The notes below the pieces were generated by a model, which was not told where the DNA came from, did no database searches, and saw nothing but the letters and a program-made list of their open reading frames with translations. The translations under genes were made by a program, and so were the position numbers. A DNA stretch of 64,000 nucleotides from Candidatus Fermentibacterota bacterium (GTDB lineage: Bacteria > Fermentibacterota > Fermentibacteria > Fermentibacterales > JCC-6), in NCBI GenBank assembly GCA_963845085.1, contig CAWJQI010000004.1:1-64000 (forward strand), read 5' to 3'. This document shows positions 30,229-38,460 of the stretch, piece after piece. How positions within the stretch are numbered: position 1 is the stretch's first letter; each line of letters starts with the position of its first letter.

Positions 30229-30873
30229 CTAACCCCTCAGCTTCGCGAGGCGGTTCGAGTCCATGTGGTCGAACTCCATGTTTATCCTGTAGATAGCGAT
30301 GCCCATCACGAACACGGCCACGAACATGTCCATCAGGACGCCCAGCTCCACCAGGAAGGGCACGTCCCTCACGATGGCAAGGCTCAGGGCGTAGATGCCG
30401 TTTTCAAGAACGAGGTAGCCGAGGACCTGGTTGGTCGCCGTCCTTCTCGCCACGACAAGAAAGAGGCCTGTGAACATCATCGAGAGCGAGACGGGAACAA
30501 CGATGGCCGACTCGGACTGCAGCGGGAGGCTGAGCCTGCCGTCAAGCCAGAATGATGCCGACAGGGCGAGCACACCGGCAACGAGTGAGGTCGTGTAGCC
30601 CACGAAAGGCTTTACCTCGCGGCTCGTGGCCGACTCGCGCATGGCCCGGTTCAGCAGCCGCGGGAAAACAAAACCCTTGAGGGCGACCACAGCCACCCCC
30701 AGGGCCGCTATCCTGAAAGAAAAACCGGCGTCTGCCGTTGCAAGGGGCAGAAGGCCGACCATGATGCCCTGCCATGCGGCAATGCGGATGCAGTTCCCGA
30801 GCCGCCCGGACCCGAGCAGGATGAAGTCGGACAGAATGAGGGCCACGAGAATGATGTCAAGATATGCCGTCAC
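30229..30873 (-). CDS. hyfE: HyfE-like membrane subunit
   Basis: QVLGYLVLENGI, VELGVLMD; operon position. Confidence 0.85.
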   Translation of the reverse strand: MTAYLDIILVALILSDFILLGSGRLGNCIRIAAWQGIMVGLLPLATADAGFSFRIAALGVAVVALKGFVFPRLLNRAMRESATSREVKPFVGYTTSLVAGVLALSASFWLDGRLSLPLQSESAIVVPVSLSMMFTGLFLVVARRTATNQVLGYLVLENGIYALSLAIVRDVPFLVELGVLMDMFVAVFVMGIAIYRINMEFDHMDSNRLAKLRG

Positions 30874-31790
30874 TGCAGGAACCTCGATGTGAGAATGAAG
30901 GAGAGTACCGAAAGCGCGCCCGCGCCCGCAAGCAGATGCGGTGTTCTGGTAAGGCTGAGCCGGGCCATGACCGACTCGACCACCCCCACCAGCAGGCCGA
31001 TCAGGAACACGCCCGCGAGAGAAAGGGCGATGTACGGAAAGCCCTGCGTTGCGACTGTGGTCAGCAGAAGGTTCACCACAAGTGAGGCAAACACCCAGAG
31101 CTTGAGCGAAGCCCCGTAGGTGATCATGGCGAAATCGGGGCCGGAGCTGTCGAGCACCATGACTTCGTGCACCATGGTCAGCTCGAGGTGCGTGTTGGGG
31201 TCGTCGAATGGTATCCGGGAGTTCTCGGCAAGCATCACAAGGAAGAACGATACCGCAACCAGCGAGAGCGCAGTGCCGGCGGAAAGCCATTCATTTTCGC
31301 CCAGGCCGTCGTAGATCCCTTCCAGGGACATTCCGCCCGCCACCCGGACCAGCACCCCGAAACCGATGAGAAGCGCGGGCTCGGAGAGGGCCGAGTACAG
31401 GAGTTCGCGGCTTGCGCCCATCCCCTCGAAGCTCGAACCGGTGTCGAGTGCTGCTGCAACGGTGAAAAGCCTTGAAACCCCGAACAGGCAGAACAGGAAG
31501 ACCAGGTCGCCGGAAAACCCCCAGCCCGTTCCTGCGCCCGCGGGGGCAACGAGCAGCAGCGCGGAAACGGTCGTCACGAGGGAGATCGACGGGGCGACCC
31601 TGAACACCCACGTTGTCGTTCCGCTCAGCACCTCCCCCTTGCGAAGCAGCCTTGCGAGATCATGGTACTGCTGGAGGAGGGGCGCACCCTTTCTCCCCGC
31701 GAACGCAGCCTTGGTTTTCGTGATCACGCCGTTTAAAAGCGGCGCCATCAGAAGCCCGGAAAGAACCAGCAGAAGCCCGTGGATACTCAT
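30870..31790 (-). CDS. hyfC: NuoH/HycD-like membrane subunit
   Basis: GSSFEGMGASRE, ENSRIPFDDPNTHLELTMVHE. Confidence 0.9.
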   Translation of the reverse strand: MSIHGLLLVLSGLLMAPLLNGVITKTKAAFAGRKGAPLLQQYHDLARLLRKGEVLSGTTTWVFRVAPSISLVTTVSALLLVAPAGAGTGWGFSGDLVFLFCLFGVSRLFTVAAALDTGSSFEGMGASRELLYSALSEPALLIGFGVLVRVAGGMSLEGIYDGLGENEWLSAGTALSLVAVSFFLVMLAENSRIPFDDPNTHLELTMVHEVMVLDSSGPDFAMITYGASLKLWVFASLVVNLLLTTVATQGFPYIALSLAGVFLIGLLVGVVESVMARLSLTRTPHLLAGAGALSVLSFILTSRFLQ

Positions 31791-31792
31791 CG

Positions 31793-33787
31793 CTACCCCA
31801 GCTTCCACACCAGGAGCGCCACCAGCGCAACTGCAATGGAGAGAACGTAGAGGTTGATTCTCCCGTGCTGGATCACCCTGAGCTTCATGAAGCCCCTCTC
31901 CAATCCGGCGAACAGCGGGCGGTAAAACTTCTCCGTACAGGCGTCGGGCGTTGCGGAGGAGAAGTTCGAACGCTCGGGAAAAAGGCCGTCGGGGACCGAA
32001 TAGGTGCGCCTTGTTCCGAGAATGCCCCTGAAAAGCCAAGTGATCGGGTCGGTGAAGGACGAGGCCGTGTACTGCATGGAGGGCGCAGGGGAACCGTAAC
32101 CGCAGCCCCATGTCGGTGCGGTGGAAACCTTCCGCTTTGAGAGAAGCCAGGACCTTGCCAGCAGGAGCAGAAGCACGGCGACGATGATCAGCACCGACCC
32201 GAACGAGACGAATCCGAGCGTTTTTGCAGCAAGCCCCGCCGGAACGGCGAGCGATGGCCTGTAACCGAAACCGGATGCCGTGAACCCGACAACCGGTGAG
32301 ATGAGCCTGACCATGAACGAGCCGCCGAGGCCGAGTGCCAGGCACAGGACCGACAGGGCCACCATCGAAAACCTCATCGAAAAAACTGTCTCATGCGCGT
32401 TCCTTGCCGAATCGGTTCTCGGTTCGCCAAGGAAAGCCATGCCGAATGCCTTTGCAAAACAGGCCAGGGCAAGCCCGCCCAGGAGCGCAAGGCCACCTGC
32501 TGCAACGATCCCGGAAAGAGCGGCCGGGGAGCCAGCCCCCGCAGACAACCCGGAAAACGCGGCCATGTAGGCGACCAGTTCGCCGACGAACCCGTTGAGC
32601 GGGGGAAGCCCGCAAATGGCGGCGCTGCCGAGAAGAAAGACGGCCCCCGTGACCGGCATCCGCTTCATGAGCCCGCCGAGCCTGTCGAGCTGTCTCGTGC
32701 CCGTTTCCTTCTGCATGGAGCCCGTGGCGAGGAAAAGAAGGCTCTTGAACACGGAGTGGTTGACCACATGCAGAAAGGCCCCGGCAAATCCGAGGAAGGC
32801 CATCGCAGGGATGTCGAGACATACCCCCAGCAGCCCGGTTCCCAGCCCCATGCCAATGATGCCGATGTTCTCAACGCTGCTGTACGCAAGGAGACGCTTG
32901 AGATCGTGCTGGGCGAGCGCGTAGAGAACGCCGGTCACGCCCGACACGAGGCCCGCGAGAAGAAGCACCCACCCCCACCAGGCATGCGGCTCCCCAAGAA
33001 ACAGCATGAACCGCAGAAGCCCGTAAACACCGGTCTTGATCATCACGCCGCTCATTACGGCGGACACGTTCGAGGGAGCCGAAGGGTGCGCCTCGGGAAG
33101 CCATACGTGGAAGGGCACCAAGCCAGCCTTGGCCCCGAAGCCGACAAGCGCGAGGATGAACGCGGCACCTGCCAGGGAGGGATCGGGCAGCGCCAGGGAG
33201 GCAAAGTCCATCGAACCCCGGGAGCCAAGCAGCGAAAAGAGGAACAGGATGCATGCCGTGCCGATGTGAGTGGCGACCAGGTAGATCCAGGCGGCCCTCC
33301 GGACCGGCTCCTTCCCCGACTCGAAAAGCACGAGGAAGAAAGATGCAAGTGCCATGATCTCCCAGCCAAGGAGGAAGAGCAGGGCGTTCCGGGCAACTGT
33401 CACAAGGAGCATTCCGCCGGTGAGGAGGTTGTAGAACGCCCAGAAGCGTGCGATATCGCTGCCGCGGGCAGCGTAGGGTTTCACGTAGCCGTAGCCGTGC
33501 ACGGCGCACAGGGCGGAGATCACCAGGATGGGAAGCGTAAAAAGGGCCGTGAGCGGGTCCACCCCGACGGCCAGCGAACCGGAGGGGATGCCCCACGGTA
33601 TTCCGGCTGTGGTGAACTGACCGCTGCCAAGCCCCGCAACGACGGCGGCAACGCCCGCCACCCCTCCCGCGATGTTGATCGCCGGCCCCGACAGACGCAC
33701 CGCTGCGCTGTTCCTCCGGAGAAGTAAAAGCAGCATCCCTCCGAAAAGGAATGTGCACAGGGAGAGGAAAACAAGGATTGCTGCCAT
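31793..33787 (-). CDS. hyfB: Antiporter-like membrane subunit (HyfB/HycC-like)
   Basis: KAGLVPFHVWLPEAHP, LAYSSVENIG, GLPPLNGFVGE, PTWGCGY...MQYT. Confidence 0.9.
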   Translation of the reverse strand: MAAILVFLSLCTFLFGGMLLLLLRRNSAAVRLSGPAINIAGGVAGVAAVVAGLGSGQFTTAGIPWGIPSGSLAVGVDPLTALFTLPILVISALCAVHGYGYVKPYAARGSDIARFWAFYNLLTGGMLLVTVARNALLFLLGWEIMALASFFLVLFESGKEPVRRAAWIYLVATHIGTACILFLFSLLGSRGSMDFASLALPDPSLAGAAFILALVGFGAKAGLVPFHVWLPEAHPSAPSNVSAVMSGVMIKTGVYGLLRFMLFLGEPHAWWGWVLLLAGLVSGVTGVLYALAQHDLKRLLAYSSVENIGIIGMGLGTGLLGVCLDIPAMAFLGFAGAFLHVVNHSVFKSLLFLATGSMQKETGTRQLDRLGGLMKRMPVTGAVFLLGSAAICGLPPLNGFVGELVAYMAAFSGLSAGAGSPAALSGIVAAGGLALLGGLALACFAKAFGMAFLGEPRTDSARNAHETVFSMRFSMVALSVLCLALGLGGSFMVRLISPVVGFTASGFGYRPSLAVPAGLAAKTLGFVSFGSVLIIVAVLLLLLARSWLLSKRKVSTAPTWGCGYGSPAPSMQYTASSFTDPITWLFRGILGTRRTYSVPDGLFPERSNFSSATPDACTEKFYRPLFAGLERGFMKLRVIQHGRINLYVLSIAVALVALLVWKLG

Positions 33788-33797
33788 GAACCGCGGC

Positions 33798-34499
33798 CTA
33801 GGGTCTGCCCGACCCGCGGGAAAGCAGGCCGGCATCGACCATGCCTGCGCGGCGGATTATCTCGTCCGAGGGGCTTCGATCACGAACGGCTTCGGCAAAG
33901 GAGGGCTGCCTGAGTGCGAATGCAAGCCGGGAAAGCAGATTGAGGTGCATTCCGATCGTGGGGCTTATCATCATGAAAAGGGTGTGAACAGGAAGGCCGT
34001 CGACCGCTCCGAACTCGACCGCGTTCTCAAGGAAGCACAGGGTGATCATTGGTTCCGGAATGTCGAGGACAATGGGGTTCCTTACGTGCGGAATCGCGAT
34101 GCCGTCGCCAATGCCTGTCGAGCCCTGCGCTTCGCGCGCCTTCAGGATCTGGAGAAGGAAACGCCTGTCCACGCTGTCGGGGATCGGCATGAGGGCCAGT
34201 GCGTTCTCGAGCACCGAGTCGCGGTCGGTACCGCTGACACCGTGCCGGATCCCTCCCGCCAGAAGGGCGCTCTCAATGCCTGTCGCCGGCGCTCCGGGGG
34301 CCGATGAGGCACTGTTCTCGAACATGTCTGAGGATACCGGTATCTGCCTTTTCGTGGCCCATTCGAGAAGCTCGGTCCTGTTGAAACGGAACTGCCCGCC
34401 CACCTTTATTGCAGGCAGGGCGTCATCCCTGATCCATTTTTCGAGCGTTTTCTCGGAAACTCCGAGAAGCCCGGCAGCTTCCCTCAAACCGAAATGCAT
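33798..34499 (-). CDS. Excisionase-type HTH fused to PTS EIIA (Ntr/Fru type)
   Basis: EAAGLLGVSEKTLEKWI...KVGGQFRFNR; RE..GSTGIGDGIAIPH with phosphoacceptor His. Confidence 0.9.
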   Translation of the reverse strand: MHFGLREAAGLLGVSEKTLEKWIRDDALPAIKVGGQFRFNRTELLEWATKRQIPVSSDMFENSASSAPGAPATGIESALLAGGIRHGVSGTDRDSVLENALALMPIPDSVDRRFLLQILKAREAQGSTGIGDGIAIPHVRNPIVLDIPEPMITLCFLENAVEFGAVDGLPVHTLFMMISPTIGMHLNLLSRLAFALRQPSFAEAVRDRSPSDEIIRRAGMVDAGLLSRGSGRP

Positions 34500-34572
34500 T
34501 GATAACCAGCCCTCTGTTTGAAAAGTTCCGGAAATATACACACTCGGAACGAGGACTGCCCGAAACCGGGGT

Positions 34573-35470
34573 TCATCCCCCGATCTTGACCGGTTCGATG
34601 TGGATGGAGACGAACGATGATTTTCCGAACCTGCCGCGAATGCGGTCTTCTATCGCGACCGTGATGTCGTGGGCTTCATTCACGCTCATCCCGCCGTCCA
34701 CCCGGACGTGGAGGTCAACCGCTATGTCCTTGCCTATGCTCCGGGTGCGCAGATTGTGGGGATCGGCGACCCCCTGAACGTCAAGCGCGAGCCTCAGGAT
34801 CTCTGCCTCGATCCCCTCGTCGAGCGATGACTCGACGAGTTCCCTCACGCAGCCGGAAAGGATCTCAATCGACACCTTCAGGATGAAGAGGCTCACGATC
34901 ACCGCGGCAACGGGATCGAGCACGCGCCACTTTTCACCGAGCACAATGGCGCCGCCGATTCCGAACATTGTGCCCACCGATGACATGGCATCGGAGCGGT
35001 GGTGCCAAGCGTTGGCGATCACCGAGGTGCTGTTGATCCGTTCTGCCGGCGGCGACGGTGTAGCGGTAGAGGATCTCCTTGACGACGATGGACAAAACGG
35101 CGGCAACGAATGCGATGCCCCCGGGAGCCGACAGCACCTTCCCGCGAATGCACGCGAGGATGCCTGACCCGCCTGCCCAGAAGAGCCCCCCGCCCACGAG
35201 AAGAAGCGCGAAGCCTATGAAGGCCGTGGCGAGCGTTTCAAGCTTGCCGTGGCCGTAGTCGTGGCTCTTGTCTACGGGCTTTCCCGAGAACCTGAAACCC
35301 GCAAGGACGACGATGTCGGTGATGAAGTCGGAGATGGAGTGCACTGCGTCGGCGATCATGGCGCCGCTGTGGCCGATGATCCCCGCGGCGAGTTTGAATG
35401 CCGTGAGGGCAAGGTTCCACACCAGCCCTATCCACGTGACGCGCCTCGCCAACATTGTTCTCTCGTCCAT
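34573..35470 (-). pseudogene. Cation diffusion facilitator (FieF-like), frameshifted as assembled (+1 near 35041)
   Basis: ADAVHSISD, HDYGHGK in one frame; ANAWHHRSD, DLHV, IHIEP in the next. Confidence 0.88.
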
Positions 35471-35603
35471 GCTCCGCCTTGGTCAGTGCCGAACCGGCAA
35501 AGGGGCCGGCAACGCCAGTGATGATCGGGGGTTCAAGCATAGTCGAGAGACGGCGGGCTGTCGACTCGCATGGAACGAGGGACGCACCCGCCCAACCCGG
35601 ACA

Positions 35604-36401
35604 CTAGACGGCGGGCTTCACCGCCTCAATGGATGCCGGTGCGACATGTTTCGAGACGGTAATTCCCGTCGCCCAGCTGTCGACAACGGGCGCCATCTCC
35701 GTGCGCACCGTTATGCGTATCCCCGTGAATCCGCATTCGCGAAGCATGGCCTCGATCTCTCCGACCGGGGAGGCTCCAGAGATGCAGCCCGTGTAGAGGG
35801 ACAGGTCGTTCCTGACATCTTCGGACAGCGGTCCGAGCGCAACCACGTCGGAGATCGCAAGCCGGCCACCCGGCTTCAGGACCCGGAACGCCTCGGCGAA
35901 CACACGTGGCTTGTCCGGCGAGAGGTTGATCACGCAGTTGGAGATGATGACGTCGGCCGTGTTGTCCGCCGATGGGATGTTCTCGATTTCCCCCAGCCGG
36001 AAGTCTACGTTCCCGTACCCGCCTTCCGCGGCGTTCTTCCGGGCCGTCTCAACCATCTCGGGGGTCATGTCCACACCGATTACCATTCCGCGCTCCCCCA
36101 CCTTTGCTGCCGCCAGGAAGCAGTCGAAACCGCCGCCGCAGCCCAGGTCGAGCACGACCTCTCCGTCCCTCAGCGCGGCTATGGCCTGGGGATTGCCGCA
36201 TCCGAGCCCCATGTTGGATCCTTCCGGGGCCGAGTCGAGTTCGCCGCCCGTATATCCCAGCTGCAGGGAGGACCCGCGGGCATCCTTTTGCTTTGTTCCG
36301 CAGCAGTCAGGGCCGCAGCCGCATGATCCGCTGCTTTTTGCGATGTTTCCGTACCTGCGTCTCACTTCGCTGCGCAGCTTGTTCCTGTGTTCGTTGTTCA
36401 C
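35604..36401 (-). CDS. arsM: Arsenite S-adenosylmethionine methyltransferase
   Basis: Cys-rich N-terminus, GLGCGNP, VLDLGCGGGFD, ISNCVINL, GCISGA; GTG after AGGAGG. Confidence 0.9.
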   Translation of the reverse strand: MNNEHRNKLRSEVRRRYGNIAKSSGSCGCGPDCCGTKQKDARGSSLQLGYTGGELDSAPEGSNMGLGCGNPQAIAALRDGEVVLDLGCGGGFDCFLAAAKVGERGMVIGVDMTPEMVETARKNAAEGGYGNVDFRLGEIENIPSADNTADVIISNCVINLSPDKPRVFAEAFRVLKPGGRLAISDVVALGPLSEDVRNDLSLYTGCISGASPVGEIEAMLRECGFTGIRITVRTEMAPVVDSWATGITVSKHVAPASIEAVKPAV

Positions 36402-36438
36402 CGGTGCCTCCTGTTGTTTTGCAGAAACCCTATTCCGG

Positions 36439-36467
36439 TAAGACGGCGACCCGGGCAAAAAGACGCA
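36439..36467 (-). promoter_or_regulatory. Putative ECF sigma promoter of arsM (GCGTC-N16-CGTC)
   Basis: tGCGTC-tttttgcccgggtcgc-CGTC-tta between sigZ and arsM; CGTC -10 and 16-nt spacer are ECF-like. Confidence 0.45.
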
Positions 36468-36473
36468 GACATG

Positions 36474-37019
36474 TCAGGCTCCGCAGCACGGTCCCGTCCT
36501 GGGTTCGAAACCGGTGATCGAGCCGCAGCATGTCTCAACACGGCAGCACTCAAGGATCAACGCGCGCAGCATTTCCCTGCCCCTCTGCACGCGCGATTTA
36601 GCCCCGGAAAGGGAAATGCCTGCAATACGGGCAACCTCCCTGTGGGGAAGACCCCTTATCTCGGAAAGCATGAGTGCCGACCTGTATTTCTCCGGCAGGG
36701 ATTCCAGCAGAGGCATGATGCAGTCGGAGAGCTCCCCGGCATGGTCGCGCTGCGGCACCGGAGCTGGAAATTCGTCCGGCAGCTCTTCATGCCTGCGACG
36801 GCGGTGATGGTCGGCCACGGCGTTTGCCGTAATGCGGAAAAGCCATGCGGTGATGCTTCCCGGCGAGCGAAGCCCCTCAAGCGCTGTGAACGCCTTCAGA
36901 TAAACATCGTGAAGGATGTCATCGCAGGCGTCGCTGTCATCGATGCGCTTCCCGATGTATGCCCGGAGCCGGCTTCTGTGCTCTCCCCAGACCTCGTCAA
37001 GGCATGACGTGCCGCTCAC
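36474..37019 (-). CDS. sigZ: ECF sigma factor, SigZ-like, with Cys-rich tail
   Basis: DDILHDVYLKA, AWLFRITANAVADH, LPEKYRSAL, SGAKSRVQRGR...ECC. Confidence 0.85.
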   Translation of the reverse strand: MSGTSCLDEVWGEHRSRLRAYIGKRIDDSDACDDILHDVYLKAFTALEGLRSPGSITAWLFRITANAVADHHRRRRHEELPDEFPAPVPQRDHAGELSDCIMPLLESLPEKYRSALMLSEIRGLPHREVARIAGISLSGAKSRVQRGREMLRALILECCRVETCCGSITGFEPRTGPCCGA

Positions 37020-37044
37020 AGCTTTTCCGTTCGTTCGATCCGGG

Positions 37045-38283
37045 TCAGATCGACGGATCGGCGACCCTTCCCATGAAGAGCACCGCGCCGGACATGTCGT
37101 CGACGATGAGGAAGACGAACGGCCTGTTCAGAAGGAAAAGCTCGGGGGGATCAGCCGGCATGGCGGTCATGGCCATCACCACACCCGTGGCGGCGGCGGC
37201 CTCGGTGCCCGTCTCGTCCACCCTGACGTAGGCCTTGTGAACCACCGCGCTGATGAAGAGGTCACGGTCGCCCGTGAACCCGCTGAAATCGGCCCGGGAG
37301 GCGTCGAAGGCGTCATCCATCCCCATTGCCGACAGCACGGGTGTCAGGGAGTAGTCAGTGTCGAACTCGAACGGAGGCATGACGAGAGTTATGTCACGGG
37401 GCTGGAAGCCATCGATGACCGCTTCAAGGGTTGTGCGGTCAAGGCTCTGCTCGAATTCTTCAAGATCGCCGTCGGGCAGCAGCAGTATCAAACGGAAACT
37501 GCCGTCGGAATATGGCAGGGCTGCCGCCCTGAAACCGTCACCGCGATGGAACGGGATGCTCTGTGTCTGGCTCATGAACGGAACTTCGACTTCTTCGCCG
37601 GAAAGTGTTGTGAAAGTTCCATCACGGGTGAGGTCGGGGTTGAACTGCACCCGCCAGTTCCCCTTGAAATAGACAGCGCTGGTGAGCACGACCCTGGTGG
37701 CGGTGGTCACCGAGCCGGGTCCCAGAAGGTCAAGGATCCTGTTCTCGGTCCTCTCCCCGACCCAGTCGTTTATGGAGAGTCGCTGCGTTTCGGGATCCCC
37801 CTCGAAATCAACGTTCCTCGCCTCGGCACGGTAGTACTCACTCACAAGGTCCGTATAGTCGTCGAGGAGCGGATGCGAGCCGTCAACCCAGAGGGCGTTG
37901 GCCATGTTGAGCACCACGGGATCATCCACCGGCTCGCACAGCTCTCGCCCCACAAGGCTGAAAAGGCGGCGGAACCCGTTGTGCACGGCCTGCTGATCTG
38001 CATCGAAGCCAAGAACGGCCGCCATCGCGGCTTCGGTCTCTCCTCTTGCGCCCGCCCAGGCCATTCCGAGGGCGGAGGAGATGCAGAACGGTGAGAACAT
38101 GATGTTGTCATCCCCGCTCTCACTGCAGAGCTCTCCGTAAAGGGCGAATGCGAAATCCGTATTGCCGTCGCCGAGGTTGTGAAAACCCGTATCGGGAGTG
38201 GAAAGCTCGGTCGGCGTTGAAGCCCCGCAGGAACTGGTCACAAAAAGGGCAACGAGCATGGCTGCGCAATAAAGCTTTCTCAT
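37045..38283 (-). CDS. Serpin family lipoprotein
   Basis: SPFCISSALGM, AVYFKGNW, hinge ETGTEAAAAT, NRPFVFLI; lipobox TSSC. Confidence 0.93.
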   Translation of the reverse strand: MRKLYCAAMLVALFVTSSCGASTPTELSTPDTGFHNLGDGNTDFAFALYGELCSESGDDNIMFSPFCISSALGMAWAGARGETEAAMAAVLGFDADQQAVHNGFRRLFSLVGRELCEPVDDPVVLNMANALWVDGSHPLLDDYTDLVSEYYRAEARNVDFEGDPETQRLSINDWVGERTENRILDLLGPGSVTTATRVVLTSAVYFKGNWRVQFNPDLTRDGTFTTLSGEEVEVPFMSQTQSIPFHRGDGFRAAALPYSDGSFRLILLLPDGDLEEFEQSLDRTTLEAVIDGFQPRDITLVMPPFEFDTDYSLTPVLSAMGMDDAFDASRADFSGFTGDRDLFISAVVHKAYVRVDETGTEAAAATGVVMAMTAMPADPPELFLLNRPFVFLIVDDMSGAVLFMGRVADPSI

Positions 38284-38460
38284 GAACATCCTTTCGCAGG
38301 GGTCGCAGGGCGGTCCCCATTCCGTTTGCCTGAAGCTAATACAACCCGCGAACGGATGCATTCCCCCGCCCCAGGATGGCTTTTCCGGAAGTGCCGCGGG
38401 GCTTATAGTCCGGGACTGATGGCTGTGAACAAAATGTCCATTCCATGACAGGGGGCGTGC

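Noticed and set aside
26511..33787. Functional NiFe hydrogenase-4 or formate hydrogenlyase
   Set aside because: Ni-ligating CxxC motifs are absent and there are no maturation or fdh genes in the window.
33798..34499. Excisionase HTH as a sign of a prophage or ICE
   Set aside because: It is fused to EIIA as a regulator, and no integrase or phage structural genes are present.
36402..36476. sigZ TGA is in frame with arsM, suggesting a Sec read-through fusion
   Set aside because: No SECIS-like hairpin; arsM has its own AGGAGG RBS and GTG; the in-frame arrangement is easily chance.
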